DNA of 63,453 bases, the filler included, from Lenisia limosa (lineage: Eukaryota > Protista > Breviatea), in NCBI GenBank assembly GCA_001655205.1. It is 18 parts of 18 records of this genome, joined end to end, with 100 filler letters (N's around TTAATTAATTAA, not from the genome) between each part and the next. Parts side by side here need not be neighbours in the genome. Positions count along the whole stretch, not along the records: positions 1 to 4,522 come from LPNZ01008227.1; positions 4,623 to 12,044 come from LPNZ01000541.1; positions 12,145 to 13,728 come from LPNZ01007646.1; 15 more parts are not named here. One strand, written 5' to 3'. Below the pieces are notes generated by a model. The model was not told the DNA's origin and ran no database searches. It worked only from the letters and a program-made list of their open reading frames with translations. Below, piece after piece: positions 1 to 12,753 of this stretch. Both the position numbers and the translations under genes were made by a program. Within the stretch, counting starts at the first letter, position 1, and each line of letters begins with the position of its first letter.

Positions 1-399
1 CATCATTTATTCCCCACATCCTACAAGTGTTTTAAAGCATTTCTATTGCAATAGCTGATAAGGACAACCAGAAATGAGAAAATGAACAAAGATTCTGATC
101 GAAGCCACCCATATAGCAATGTTGGGAATTGAGATAGTAGAACAACACCATTGTCAAACGTAATAATACTCAAAATTGAAGCGGTTGGATACACTACACT
201 GACAATGCAATAAAATTAATAAAAATAGAAAGATTTCTGCCTGAAAAAGAAAGCAACTGCATTCTATGAGAAAAACATGTCTAATCACCACACACAAGAG
301 CTAATGCTGACAATTCTTTTTTCCTCAGGTAATTCACTCATGTTGTTCCTTTAAAAAGCAAGATGATAACAATTTTCAGAGGGATAGTAAAATACGATG

Positions 400-956
400 T
401 CAACAAAATGGCAACTGTTGTCCCCGAAAAGAAGAGAGGCCATATAACAAGCAAATGGAATCGGGGCACCGCAAACCATAAATATCAAACGATTGGATGG
501 AGGCCTCGGACCCATCAAGATGGCTCTTCAGAACCTTCTCCTCTCCCGGTATCGGCGTAATAACCTCCATCCAGGATGCCGCCTTCAACGAAACCGACAC
601 AGATTTGTCATTCAAGGCATAAGCTGGAGAGGATAAGCTGAAGGGGGACGAAGATGACAAACCTAGTTCTTCAGCCGAAGAAAGTAAGAGGTCCAGTGTG
701 TCCCTCTCGTGCTGCTCAAGTTGCTTTTGCTCTTCATCGTCAATAGGAACCCTCTTTTTCCTCCTTTTCTTCTTCCCTTCATCCTGGACTTCTTTGGCAA
801 GGTTGACAACTGAACTTCTCACCTCACCGCCAATAAAAGAATCTAAAACAGTCACCATCATGACTTTAATGATAAATACATACCCGATTCCGCGCAGAGA
901 ATGTCTTCCGCAGTTGGGGATGGAGGGGAAAGATCTTTCTTTTTACAAAATCCCAT
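400..956 (-). CDS. Hypothetical protein, 5' part; 3' structure unresolved
   Basis: ATG at 956 (MGFCKKKD...AES), a 41-nt GTATGT..AG intron, then in-frame DSFIGGEVRSSVVNLAKEVQDEGKKKRRKKR... (basic NLS-like stretch). Divergent from the Rab gene. Confidence 0.5.
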
Positions 957-1296
957 GTTTTACTTCATCTTACAAACTTTCACTCCCAGAACCAGAGTTA
1001 TCTTTCAACCTATCCACGTTCTAAGGGAGCTACCTACTACTTTCAAGATTTCTCTTTTATTTTCACTTTTTCCAACAAAATGCATATAAATACTGGTACT
1101 GATTAGGTATCGGAAGACCACGTGATGTCATCCGATATTTAATACAAACACAATTTTGAGTTTTTTTTAAAAAAATTGAAGGCAATTTAAAACAAATAGG
1201 ATTGATTTTTAATCTTTGAATCACGTTTAATAGCTCAATTAGCATAGAATTTGTGGACAAGGTGTATACTTTTTTTTAGTGAGGAACTAGGTAACA

Positions 1297-3788
1297 ATGT
1301 CGGCTGCGAAACCAGCTAACACAAGAACAACTGGCTACAAGGTTGTTCTTCTTGGAGACTCCGGTACCGGAAAGGTTTGTATTTTCAGATATGATGCTAT
1401 GGGTTTTCGGTGGATTTTGACCGGACTTAGACCTGCCTTACTCTTCGATTTGTCAATAACCAGTTCCATGTCACTTGCACACCCACCATAGGAGGTAAGA
1501 ACTAGTTGTTTTCTATGCTCTGAACTCCGTCTGACCCCTTTTTCTAGCTGCATTCCTTGCCAAAACAGTGAAGGAAGGTGATTCAACCTTCAACCTCCAG
1601 ATTTGGGATACTGCTGGACAGGAGCGATTCCAATCGTGAGTTCTTAGGCAAAAGTCAATGAGATTGTGCTTGTTTTGGTTTTATTTATACTTTAGACTCG
1701 CCCCTATGTACTACAGAGGAGCCCAGGCAGCCATCGTTGTTTTCGATATCACCGAAGAGGTAGCCCTCTCCTTCCCTCCACGGTCTCTAACCCTTCATAG
1801 AACTCATTTAAGCGTGCTAAGTTCTGGGTCAATGAGCTCAAGGCCAAGGCCTCTTCAGACGTCACCATCTCGCTTGCTGGTAACAAATCAGATCTCGCCA
1901 CATTAAGACAAGTTTCAGTCGAGGTTAGAGGATCGGTTACGATATACCTAAAATGAGAATAGGCAACTGCAGAGATGGGCCTGTTGTGGCTGTTTGAACG
2001 GGTTTTCAATGTTCTTGGCAATCCTTTGAAAGCGGCCTTGTGTTTGTAAAGCCCTTGTTGAAGACCAAAAAAATGGACCTTAGGTTCCGCGGCTGTATTA
2101 AGGATAGTTTTTATATCAGGGAGGGAACAATGATGGTTAAGATTGAGGGGTGTGATGATGGGGTAAAGACGGAAAGCTGAGTTTCCACCCATGTGCCAGC
2201 TGGCAGCCTCAGGCAAGAGGGATGTGTGAATGTGTGTGTGCGGTGGGGATGTGTATGTGCTGCGAGTATGTCTTTGTTTGAAGAGTTCATATTTTTGGAA
2301 TTTGTATTCTCGTATCTTTGTCCTCTCTTTTTTGAGCCTGATTATTCTGTTTTTGTTCTTTGTGTTTGTATGAGTAGAGCTACGGTTTTCCTAGGGTCCA
2401 AAAACGCTCCTGTATCCAGACTTTTCAAGACTTATCGGTTCCCCCCCCCCCCCNNNNNNNNNNNNNNNNNNNNNNNNNNNNNNNNNNNNNNNNNNNNNNN
2501 NNNNNNNNNNNNNNNNNNGCAGTTGGCGTTACAATAGAAGGCCTCACTATCCCTCTTTTTTCACACCTTTTTTTCATTTTTTTTCATATTATGTATCTTT
2601 CAATTTAAAATTAATATGTCATTCTTTTTTTCTCTTTTTAAATATGATGTGGATTTCTAATAATCAAATAATAGGGACTCCCTGTTTGTTAAGTTTTTTT
2701 ATTGGTATTCCCAACTGCTTTTAAAAGACAGGGGCCATATTTTTGGAGATCTTGAAGAAGAGGAATATGGAACTTCTGGGCATTTTGGGGTGCATGTGCA
2801 TGTATAAAAGACTGGTCTGGATGTTTTTGTTTGTTCTTTCCTTTTGTTTCACACATTCCGCTCTCTCCTAACAAGGGCTTCACTTTGGTTCGAAACAAAC
2901 CGGCTAAATATCGGCAGTTTTCGAGGATTTATCGACAAATTCAGTCTTTTTTCGAACCGTAGTAAAGCCCTACTCCTAACATATCATATGTAATACTTTG
3001 CCAACAGAGCTGATGTTGGCTTTTTATTTGTTTAATAATTTCTCTATTTTCATTGTATCCCCCCCATATAAGGACTTTTCAAGGCTGACTTGGGCTACGT
3101 GTTTGTGTCTGGTAATTTTTTTTTTAGTTTTAACGAGTGCTGCGCATGTTGTTTTTATTTATCATTTTGTTTTTACTGTTTCCTCTTTGAAATTACCCTC
3201 GTTTACCTTTCCATTTACCCCCACCCCCCAGAAAGCGAAAGAGTACGCAGAGGAGTTTGGCCTACCCTACTTTGAGACATCAGCGAAGACTGGTGACAAT
3301 GTGGAAGCCCTCTTCCGTTCTCTAGGTGGGCGGGGGTCTTTAATTGCAACATGGGTGGTCAGTATCAGACTTGGTTCCCTCAAACCCCTATTGTCTTGAA
3401 TCCGATGTTTCTGTGGTATTATTTGTTTTTTAGATTTTCATCACCTGTCAGATTATTCGATTTTCTTCTTTCCATAAACTGAGCTGTGTTGGTTCTTGAA
3501 AGTTTTTTGAAAGTTTTTGACTTGTTTGTCCGACAATAACCACACAAGGTCATATTACACTACGCAAACATTATGTAATAATCATTTGTGCTGTTCACTC
3601 TTTTTTTTTGGTACCGTTGGGAAGCCCTGATAATAAGTAATAACAATGGTAATAATAGATATAAAAACAATATAAAAACTGTTACCTTACCTTCAGTTTC
3701 CGGGTTGAGGGCGCCGCAACCAGCCAACGTCGGAGTGGACATCAATGACGGCAAGGGCGGCAAGGAGAAGGGCGGTTGTAAGTGCTGA
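1297..3788 (+). CDS. RAB5: Rab5-family small GTPase, 7 exons
   Basis: Exons 1297-1374, 1431-1494, 1548-1635, 1696-1759, 1801-1923, 3232-3325, 3697-3788 join in frame across GT-AG introns. Motifs [57 protein letters not shown] and C-terminal CKC prenylation site. Exact subfamily (Rab5/22-like) is from recall. Confidence 0.9.
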
Positions 3789-4325
3789 GTGTGTATTTTA
3801 TCTATTTATGCCCAAGGGGCGTTTCTATTTCTTTTGATGCATTTCTTGTGATGCTTTTACGGCATTTGGTTGGATTGCTATTTTAAAGGACCACGTGCAA
3901 TTAATTTTTTGAGGAAATTGAATTAATGGCAGGCTGGCGGCTGGGAGAAGGCACCCTGTACCCTCCAGGGGCTCCGAGCGATGCGGAGCCTGGCCAATTA
4001 GAAAAAAATNNNNNNNNNNNNNNNNNNNNNNNNNNNNNNNNNNNNNNNNNNNNNNNNNNNNNNNNNNNNNNNNNNNNNNNNNNNNNNNNNNNNNNATAAG
4101 TGACTGAATAATAACGATTTTTCTTCTGCAGAATAGTCCCTGAAATTAGAAAGTCGTGAGAAATTAATATTGTTAATGTACCTGGGGGCCAGTAGTTGTT
4201 TTAGCTTGAGGAAGGTGACTTGTAGAAGAAACTCGAAATTAAAATATACGGTTGTTGCCTTATTGATAATAGAACAAGAAAAATTGTCTTAAAACGACTG
4301 CATTATACAAACAAGACTCTAGCAC

Positions 4326-4485
4326 GAGAAAGTCTCGGCAATATACGACGGCGACCCAACAACTGTGGCGTCTTCAGTAACATTGGGGATGTAGGACCAC
4401 ACCGGGGTGCCAAGATCGGTCTTCAGCTGCAGTGTCAGGGTGGTCAAAGTGCCCCCCTTCCCGGAACGGAGTACGAACTTACTAT
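4326..4485 (-). CDS. Possible terminal exon of an unidentified gene
   Basis: GC-richer open frame ...TLTTLTLQLKTDLGTPVWSYIPNVTEDATVVGSPSYIAETFSC* near a scaffold end; no recognised motif. Confidence 0.25.
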
Positions 4486-4522
4486 ACATCACAGTACGAA
4501 CTCGTACAAACTTATGTTTGCT

Positions 4523-4622
4523 NNNNNNNNNNNNNNNNNNNNNNNNNNNNNNNNNNNNNNNNNNNNTTAATTAATTAANNNNNNNNNNNNNNNNNNNNNN
4601 NNNNNNNNNNNNNNNNNNNNNN
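4523..4622. other. Artificial scaffold-joining spacer (N44-TTAATTAATTAA-N44); 17 such spacers in the window
   Basis: TTAATTAATTAA (stop in all six frames) embedded in N runs at 4567, 12089, 13773, 15932, 25386, 29610, 33075, 36002, 37728, 39597, 41487, 43379, 47619, 53764, 55876, 57520, 60435. Confidence 0.97.
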
Positions 4623-4695
4623 TTATTATTATTGTTATTTATTATTATTTTTATTATTATAATTAATTAAAATATTCCGTTTATTTACTTTACAG

Positions 4696-7600
4696 TTGCG
4701 AAGAATAGACTCACTCATGTTCTGAGGAGAGTGGAAGCCTCTATAGGTTGGCCATTCTACTCTTGCTGCATAGCTCGTTTGAAGTAACAAATTTATCAAC
4801 TTTGAGACTGGAGAACTGAAAATGAACAAGGATAATAATAGTAGTGAATCACATTTGAAATTGTGCCGTATAAACGAATCACAGTTTAAAGTGTGTCGTA
4901 GATAAGCAGGAGGACCTCTCTCTGATATTTTGTAACTGCAGTGATTTTCTGACCCCTCCCCCACCCCCAGGCCTGGCTTCGTGTATTGAAGGCGTTTCAA
5001 CAGCAGTTGAGGCTGAGGACTGGCCGACAGCGGCCAAAATGGTCAACTCGTGGGTTATCATAAGAATTTAATACTGATATTACAACATTATGTCAATGGT
5101 GTTTAGCAGATACACTATTGTTTCTGGAGTGATAAATTTGTTAAGTAAAGCTTGTACATCGATTTTCTAACACCACAGATACCTTCATTTCCCTCCTGAG
5201 ACAGTCAGCTTAGAAGCTCGTGAAGGGCTAGAAAAGGCGAAAGAGTCAACAATGGTGACTGGTGGAACAAAAAAACAGTGGTCATATACTCATGAAAGAC
5301 TTTTTAGAATCAGAGATTTACTCTCACCTTTTTCAGGCGATTATGTGTGATCAACTTAAGGCGGCTGATACTCTTGAGAACAAAATCAAGTGAGTGGGAC
5401 AGGAAATTCCTAAGAGTTGATAAATTGGTCGTATACTTGGTACTCTCTTAATGACACTATAGATGGGCCAATTTGTCTCCTCTTCTGGGTGCGCCTTTGA
5501 TAGGGTTGTCTCATTTGTCAGTAATGTTGAGGACAGAAGTGGGAGGGCCTTATCTGTTTTGAGCTATCTTTTTACTGTTCTTCATTTGTATTCTGCGCCC
5601 TTACTCCTTGCTTTCACAATTAAGATGAATCAAAAGGCAATGGACATTTTGAGTACTCTTCGCCTTAGTCGAAAAGGTTTGGTGTGTTTAATGTTTATTG
5701 TATTAATGGCAACCCTACGTTCAATATTCTGTTGAACTGGTTTGATATTGTGAGTTTCCCCTTCATATGCCCTCAATTTGACATATTAAGCATGTTCCCT
5801 TTCACCTTTAAGATGAAGAGCAAAGCACGGCCTTTGTTGACTCAATCACAGAGATTATGGAAACGGCACATTCTCTGATTACTGGCCCAATACAGGTGAA
5901 TGTCCAATTTTCTTTGTTTATTGCTTTTGCTGACACTTTTATAGGGGGCTCTCATGTCATTCCCTGCTGGAAGTATGTATGTAATTGTTCAATGGTGGGG
6001 GGCAATCGGTAAAACTGTTTTAGCGTCTTTCACTATCAAACTTTTCCATCCATTCCACTTCTTTTTAACTATGCAGTTTGGAGGAGGAAACCGACATTCA
6101 TGCAGCAAAGATCATCAATGACTTTTCTTCCAAGCACGACCTTCTTAACATGGTTGTGACTCACACTATGGACCCTCTTTATGTAGATGCTATTTTGGAA
6201 GAGGCAGCAGTTTTATGGTCGCGTGCCATGCTCTATAAGTCTTTCATTCGAGGAATTGCTAAGGAGGTGGGATATTATTTGATTCCTCCCCTCCAACCTA
6301 CTGAATTATTGAATTATATAACTTATATTTAGGCCTGGTCCAGCCTGTCCTCATCAATGACTTCAGTGGATCACCCAATGCCATCACTTTCATCATCCTT
6401 TGTTAACCTTACCATCGAGGAGTCCACAACGGAGGATTATGTTCTCTTGGTATGTCTTCGTGTTGCTATTGTGTTGTAAGTTAAAACCCTGATGACAAAT
6501 ACGTTTTTATGACTTTAACCAATTAGGCTGGAAGAAAGGAAGTTTATAATCACATCATAGAGCTATCGAAACAGCTATCTGGGGCTCAAAACAGAGGTGA
6601 TGGTGAAGGTATGATGGAGCAATATGATTTATCATTATTTGGTGCGATGAATGACGCGTTGGTTTTAATCAACAATCAAGCTGAGCTGACTCTTAGGAAT
6701 TCTCTCGGTGGGTGGGCCTATGAGCGGCACTTTAGGCAACGCTCTTCAGACTTTGGCTGCAGCCTTCATTCCACTTGAGGACTACTACCTTAGATCAGCT
6801 GTTGACAGGGTATTTGGAGAAAATTTTCAACGCAGAGTAATATCGAAGACAATTTTACTTGATTTTTATATCCCTAATACTGCTAGGCTATCCAGCACGA
6901 AAAGAAGGCTGTTAATGACATTACTGTTGCCTTGACTGCGAGTAAGTTGGAAGCTGCGGTTGGTCTAATGTATCCCAATGTTCATTGTGGAATGTTGGCG
7001 CTTGCACTTTGAAAGGGGATTTTCTGTAAACTCGTTGAACAAATACCCAAGATCTTCCTCGACAAAGCTCCTCTTCACCCCACAGCCCCACCTGAAGAAG
7101 TTTCAGAGTCAGTTCTGCAGTCCAGCTTCCTTGTTGATGATGCAGTGTTTCTCTTTACTAAGGGTTTGGAAGAACTTCATGCTACTATTCATATTCCAAT
7201 CTTCCAAACATACCTGTAAAAATATCCTTAGATGAAGGGATAATAGCATTTTGTACCTTATTTCAATATTTGTTTATTGTCTACTTAAGCTGTCCGTCGA
7301 GCTGCAGCAACGGAGAACGAAGATCTGTTATGCGCCTCTGTCACTATGGCCACGCAGATGCTGGATAGTCTTGTGTTGGATGTGAGCTTTCTATTCTGTT
7401 GTTGCACAGTGTCCCGCTCTTGCTCATCTTTAGGGTATTATGAGCTCAACCACTTCAAATGTGTCGATTAAGGCATCTTCCTCAGGGCTACCGCATCTTG
7501 GAATAGTATGGAGATCTATTTTATGGGAAGCCTTTTTGTTTATTATTACTATTCTCTCTAGTTCAGACTAATTCAACAAAGACTAAAAATAAATTTTGAA

Positions 7601-9013
7601 CTATTTTGGACTTTGTGAAGAGGTCATATCCTCAGTTTAACCTTGTAGCGCGTTGCTAATACAATGTCCGATGCCCCTGGCTTCATACTCAGACTCAAGG
7701 CGGAGTTGTTCCTTGTGGCTGAGGCTGCCTTTGAGGATAATGTGGGTTATCTAACAAGTTATTACCGAAACTGTTTTCACAGTAATTATTATTCAGCCAC
7801 GGGGACTTGCCAAAGTCAAGGCGTGTGCAGACAACATCGACATTTCTGCCAAGCTTTTCCATAATCAGTTCCAAGTGAGCAAGTATTTTTAGATGTGGAA
7901 AAGCAATTCATTCTCATTTTTGATTCACATCGTCGCTAACCTGTGTAGAAGCTCTTCAAACAAGTAGTGGCACCATCAGTTCCCCGAGTCCGAGCATGCC
8001 TCAACCCACTCAATGGTTGGAACTAGTTGTATCTATCTACTTGGATGTGTCACTCTCCAAATAACAAGAAAAGTGTTTACAATGGCAACTTTTCTCATCA
8101 ATAGATTTCAAATATGATGAAGACCGGGATTTATCAGACGCCCGTGAAAGCCCATGGGTACACCACTGTATTTCTCAGTTTGAAAAAGGTGGGAATATTA
8201 TCCAAGTTTTTTTTTGTTTTTGGTCTATTTTCCTCAATGGTCTTAGAACTGGAGCTGGTGCGGCCACAATTGAATGCCACTTCCTTCAGTGCCTTTTTTA
8301 TCGAAGTATGTCTGGGTGTGGGAGATACAACTATCTCTTTTCCTTTTCCTGTTGTATAAGATCAATGATCAGAGCATTTCCTTACTTCCCACAGTCCACT
8401 CAAACGCTCACAAGTCGTTTGGAGACGTTTTTAATGTCATCAAAATTTGATCTTTTGTCGGCCCTTGCTTTCGATCATGATGTCAGAATACTCACAAACT
8501 ACCTTGCTGCTGCGCAAGTAGAGGGGGCTTCACTTTAGTTGTGATGTTTTGATATCAATTATTACGTTTAGGATGATATTCGACCCCATGTAGGACACCT
8601 GTCGCATCTTGCGTCTGTGCTGTCGGTAGAAACAGTATGTGTGGGATATCATTCCAGCTCAACATCACAAACAGTGATTGTAACATTGAAATTTTGCACC
8701 CCATTCTAATTTTATCAAGTCACATAGTATCTTTGCAACCATTTCGTGCCTATTAACTCTCATATTGCCAGGCCGAAGACCTTCCAGACCTGTGGGCAGT
8801 GAGACCAGCTGATTGGAAGGTTTGTCAGAGGTTTTTATATGACTACATGATAAGTCGAAATATACTCTGTCAAAGCACCGTGATCTCTGGGACCTTGTTT
8901 GATCTTCTTCATTTCATATTGGACAGATAGCAGCATCAGAAGCAAGGCGTGTTTTGAGCAGGCGTTCAGATATCCCACAGTCCTCCATTGTTGCAATCCA
9001 TCTCAGCCAGTGA
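4696..9013 (+). CDS. COG4: Conserved oligomeric Golgi complex subunit 4, multi-exon, 5' end cut by the scaffold edge
   Basis: Spliced peptides recall COG4: AKNRLTHVLRRVEASI, LASCIEGVSTAVEAEDWPTAAK, FIPLEDYYLRSAVDRA, SSFLVDDAVFLFTK, RRAAATENEDLLCA, SKFDLLSALAFDHDVRILTNYL, IRPHVGHLSHLASVLSVE, WAVRPADWK, EARRVLSRRSDI...SQ* (TGA 9011-9013). Many short GT-AG introns. Confidence 0.85.
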
Positions 9014-9309
9014 CCATCCCAAGATGCCAAAGCCCACTCCATTATGTTATTTAAGAATGGTTCAATTTCATTCATCTCATTGTTTTGATTTCAAGAAATA
9101 TGTGAAGACAGTTTTGCATGAGTTGATTCAGTAGTTTTTGAAAGGGAAAGGAACAAGGTCCATTGTTTCCAAGATGACCATCTGATTACAACCTAGAATC
9201 TCAAGACAAGATGTCACTTACGATGGCAACAAATGGGGTTCCAAGAAAAATACATGTCACAACTAAGAGAAAACAAAACAGAAAAAAAAAAAATACAGCA
9301 GCCTCACCT

Positions 9310-10199
9310 CTATCTCTCAGGAGAATAGTGGTCCCTAAAGCAGCCGCTGTAAGATCCGTTATCATCACTGTAGTCTTCATCTTCGTAAACCTTGCCACTG
9401 TCGTATGAGTCATCACGGGACTCCTGCTTCTCAAAGCGGTGGTTTGTGTCATAGCCTCGGCTAAGAGGTGGGTCAAAGGTACATTCGGAGAAGGAATTGA
9501 GAGTTGAGTCCAAAAGAATAGCATGCTGTATCAAAACAAAGTTTATAATTTGCAATTTGCTGATCAGAATCGCCCCCCCCCAACTCTCTGTTGTCACGCT
9601 CCTTCTCGTATGCTTCTCTTCCTCTTGTGTCAGGACTACATTGGTTACACAACAGAAACCCAAGGAAGCCAACGTGTTACGGCATTCCCTTGAGAAATGG
9701 CCACTCTTTCCACAGTTGTAGCAGATTGAACGAGAAGGCTTGAAGCTAAACAAATGTCATAAGGCAATGGCAAAAGACATGGTCTTACCCTGCTCCGCGG
9801 TCGCTTTGGTTCTTTTGAGGACAATCACGAGCAAAATGACCCATTTCACTGGAGAAATGGTTAAAGGAAGAAGGGGAAGGCAACCACAAACCCGCAGCAA
9901 TGGCAAGAGCGCTCTCCAGGTTGGAAATGATCTCCCTTCTGCTGCCTTGAAGCTTCAACATTAACTTTCTGTCCATTGAAGGTGGTTCCATCAACATCAC
10001 GGATCAAATCAAGAGCATCCTCTTCATCTTCCATTTCCTGTTGAATTAGAGTTCAATCAGTAGTTTTTGACGCTCATACCACAAAGGCGTAGCCGGTCTT
10101 CAAGAAGATCTTGCCAACGGGACCAAAAGATTCACACAACTCAATGAGCTCATGCTCCTTGGTATCAGGGTGAATGTGACCAAAAAACAACTTATACAT
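9310..10199 (-). CDS. RRM + two CCHC zinc-knuckle RNA-binding protein
   Basis: MYKLFFGHIHPDTKEHELIELCESFGPVGKIFLKTGYAFV|EMEDEEDALDLIRDVDGTTFNGQKVNVEASR (RRM), then CHCCG|EMGHFARDCP and CYNCGKSGHFSREC; Asp/Ser/Tyr-rich tail; GT-AG introns keep the frame. Confidence 0.8.
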
Positions 10200-10365
10200 A
10201 TTGTCTATAGTTTATTTTAAGCAATTTTTTTGTGAAAAAAATTTGGTTTAAATGTGTACCCCCCACGGTTGCCTATAAAAAAAATCAAGGAATCTGTCTC
10301 TTTCAGTGTTCATATTTGTTACTTACTAGCAATTCGTTACCTCGTTAATTAATTATTTATTAAAA

Positions 10366-11435
10366 ATGCTTTCAATCTGCTCAATTCCACCTGTTTGTTC
10401 GGAGCATTTTGTGCTGTTTTACTTTTTAGAGTTCCAAATTTGATACATTATGGACAGAAGCACATAAGGCTGCTGAATTAGGAGATATTGCGACCATTAG
10501 AGAACTCATTAAAGAGGGCGCTGATGTTGACGTAAACAATCCTGACGTGAGTTAAGCTTGTTTCTGTATTTATACACACTTGTCGTCAAGTTTTTTTCAG
10601 GATTTATGATGGCCTTCCTCTTTCAATTGATAGAGGATACTTGATTTCTGAAACTAATGGTCTTCTTTTGCCATTCTTCTCTGGTTTAACTTTATAAAAG
10701 TGATTTACGCTAAAAATGAAGGCTAAAAGCGTTAAACCTTACCAAATTCCAGAATCCCTTTTCTTCTATTATCCTGATCCCTTCAGTGGGGATCACCTCT
10801 GTACCTTGCAATCGTAACAAGACATCCTAAAGCCGCCTATGTTTTGCTCACTGAAGGCAAGGCCAACCCCAACATCATTCTCAAGGTTTGACTGGTGAAT
10901 AATTGAAAGTATGATTGGTTTTGGCTGCGTCTGTTCTGACTTACACCATTTCAAATTGACACGATATTTCACCCCTGTAGTCCAATGACACCACCCCGCT
11001 TCATGTTGCTGCTGCTGAAGGTTTGTGTGTAAACTGCATTTCTGTAATGTCCTAACTACGTTTAGGTTATGTTGCCCTTGCCAAAGGACTCATTGATGCT
11101 GGTGCTGACATCAACCGAACTGATATAGTGGGATTGCAAAGCTTTGTGGAAGAAGGGATACAATATGAATTCGTATGTTACACGTTCAGGTCAAACACAC
11201 CCCGCTGCATAACGCCACTTTCTTCGGTCGGGTTGAGATCTCAACCTACCTTCTCGAAGCTGGCTGTGAGACAAACCTCAAGGATATTGTGTGATGGGTG
11301 GTACATCTATGGTTGTTGTTTTTATCCAATTCCTCTCATTTTTTTTAGGAAGGTTACACCCCTCTTCGTAATGCTGAAAGACAATACTGGAAGAAAACTG
11401 AGGCTCTTCTCAGGAAACATGGCGTCACCGCTTAA
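10366..11435 (+). CDS. Small ankyrin-repeat protein (~5 repeats), 7 exons
   Basis: HKAAELGDIATIRELIKEGADVD, GSPLYLA, TTPLHVAAAEGY..LIDAGADIN, HTPLHNATFFGRVEISTYLLEAG, YTPLRNA..LLRKHGVTA*. Confidence 0.88.
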
Positions 11436-11700
11436 GTTAACTCGCATCCACCTCTACTAAACTTTGTGCCCTTATTTATTTGTTTAATGTACATGTATAT
11501 CATATTTATTTATGATGTTTTTATTCAAAGAAGCGCAGTTACAAAAAAAAAGGGAAACCTTTATTGGACATTAGCGATACAAAAGAAGAGTATTTACAAG
11601 CAAGCAACAAAAACTAGGCGAGAAGAGGGAGGAGATGACTAAAATGGTAAATGTATAGTTCTTTTGCTGATGTACCAAAACCCCACAAACCTGGTATGGG

Positions 11701-11985
11701 TTACAGAGTCTTTGTTGATATCAAAGCGTCTGAGGAGAGTGACAATCTCCTGCTCAGAAAGTTCAAGTCCGGCAGCAGAAATGATGTCACGGAAAGTGTC
11801 ATTGGGCACAGTGCCTTCAGTCTGTATGCGTTAAGGTATGCAGACAACCGTGAATCTGATCTATCCCTCATTATTATAGTCTTATGAAGGTATTGTCGCA
11901 ACCGTACCTCCTTTTCCTTGACCGCTTGAACGAATTGTTCGCGTTGGGCGTGGGTGGCAAGTTTGTTCATGATAAATGCCTAGTA
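11701..11985 (-). CDS. Terminal exon of a hypothetical protein; upstream part lost at the scaffold end
   Basis: 89-aa ORF preceded by a plausible acceptor (..TTACTAG); convergent with the ankyrin gene. Confidence 0.4.
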
Positions 11986-12320
11986 AGTTAACAAACGACG
12001 AGTTGAATGGGGATTGTTGGAGTTACGTGTACATCAGATGTGCANNNNNNNNNNNNNNNNNNNNNNNNNNNNNNNNNNNNNNNNNNNNTTAATTAATTAA
12101 NNNNNNNNNNNNNNNNNNNNNNNNNNNNNNNNNNNNNNNNNNNNCTCAGCAACGGGAGAAGTATCACCGTTATTACTCTCAATGTGTATCAGACATATGT
12201 ATGTCTCCCCTTTATCACCCCTTCGTGTTGCTAGATTACAGAGTTGATTCTGGGCTTTTTTTTTATTTCATAATTTGTCCAATTGTACTCCCCCCCTTAT
12301 ACCCGCCCTCACCGCACAAG

Positions 12321-12753
12321 GTGTACCGGAATTGTCACCCTTCTGTCTGAAAGTCCGAACTTTCTTGAACGCGCATAACATCAAGCACACGATGAAGTTC
12401 TCTTCCGACCTGAGTTCCTCTCCTAATAAGGTTTGTTGGCTCTGTCTTCTTTCCTAATATGGTATGTTGGTTTTATCTTCTTTCCTTCCTACAAAAGCGA
12501 CTGGCTTGGGCTTGGTTTGTTGTGTTGTTTTCAAAGCTCTCGAGTGTTTCTCAAATATTTTGCCAACATATTTATTTTTTGTTTTCCAAATGATTCGTTT
12601 TTACTCCCCCCCCCCCCCNNNNNNNNNNNNNNNNNNNNNNNNNNNNNNNNNNNNNNNNNNNNNNNNNNNNNNNNNNNNNNNNNNNNNNNNNNNNNNNNNN
12701 NNNNNNNNNNNNNNNNNNNNNNNNATTCTCGTAGAATCATTGAGTACGTAAAG
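12321..12753 (+). CDS. Failed-axon-connections/metaxin-like GST-fold protein, N-terminal fragment
   Basis: GVPELSPFCLKVRTFLNAHNIKH..SSSPNK| and, after the gap, DSRRIIEYVK|GT, matching the SPFCLK...DS..IIEYL pattern of FAX/metaxin N-domains. Confidence 0.65.

Noticed and set aside
1113-1125. CACGTG E-box/CLEAR-like site upstream of Rab
   Set aside because: A single hexamer is expected by chance, and no enrichment can be shown here.
1749-2216. 155-aa antisense ORF nested in the Rab gene
   Set aside because: It overlaps Rab exon 5 antisense and has no motif or splice support.
2886-2897. tRNA gene suggested by GGTTCGAA
   Set aside because: The motif is part of the family B TIR and no cloverleaf can be drawn. 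I recognised no tRNA or rRNA in the window.
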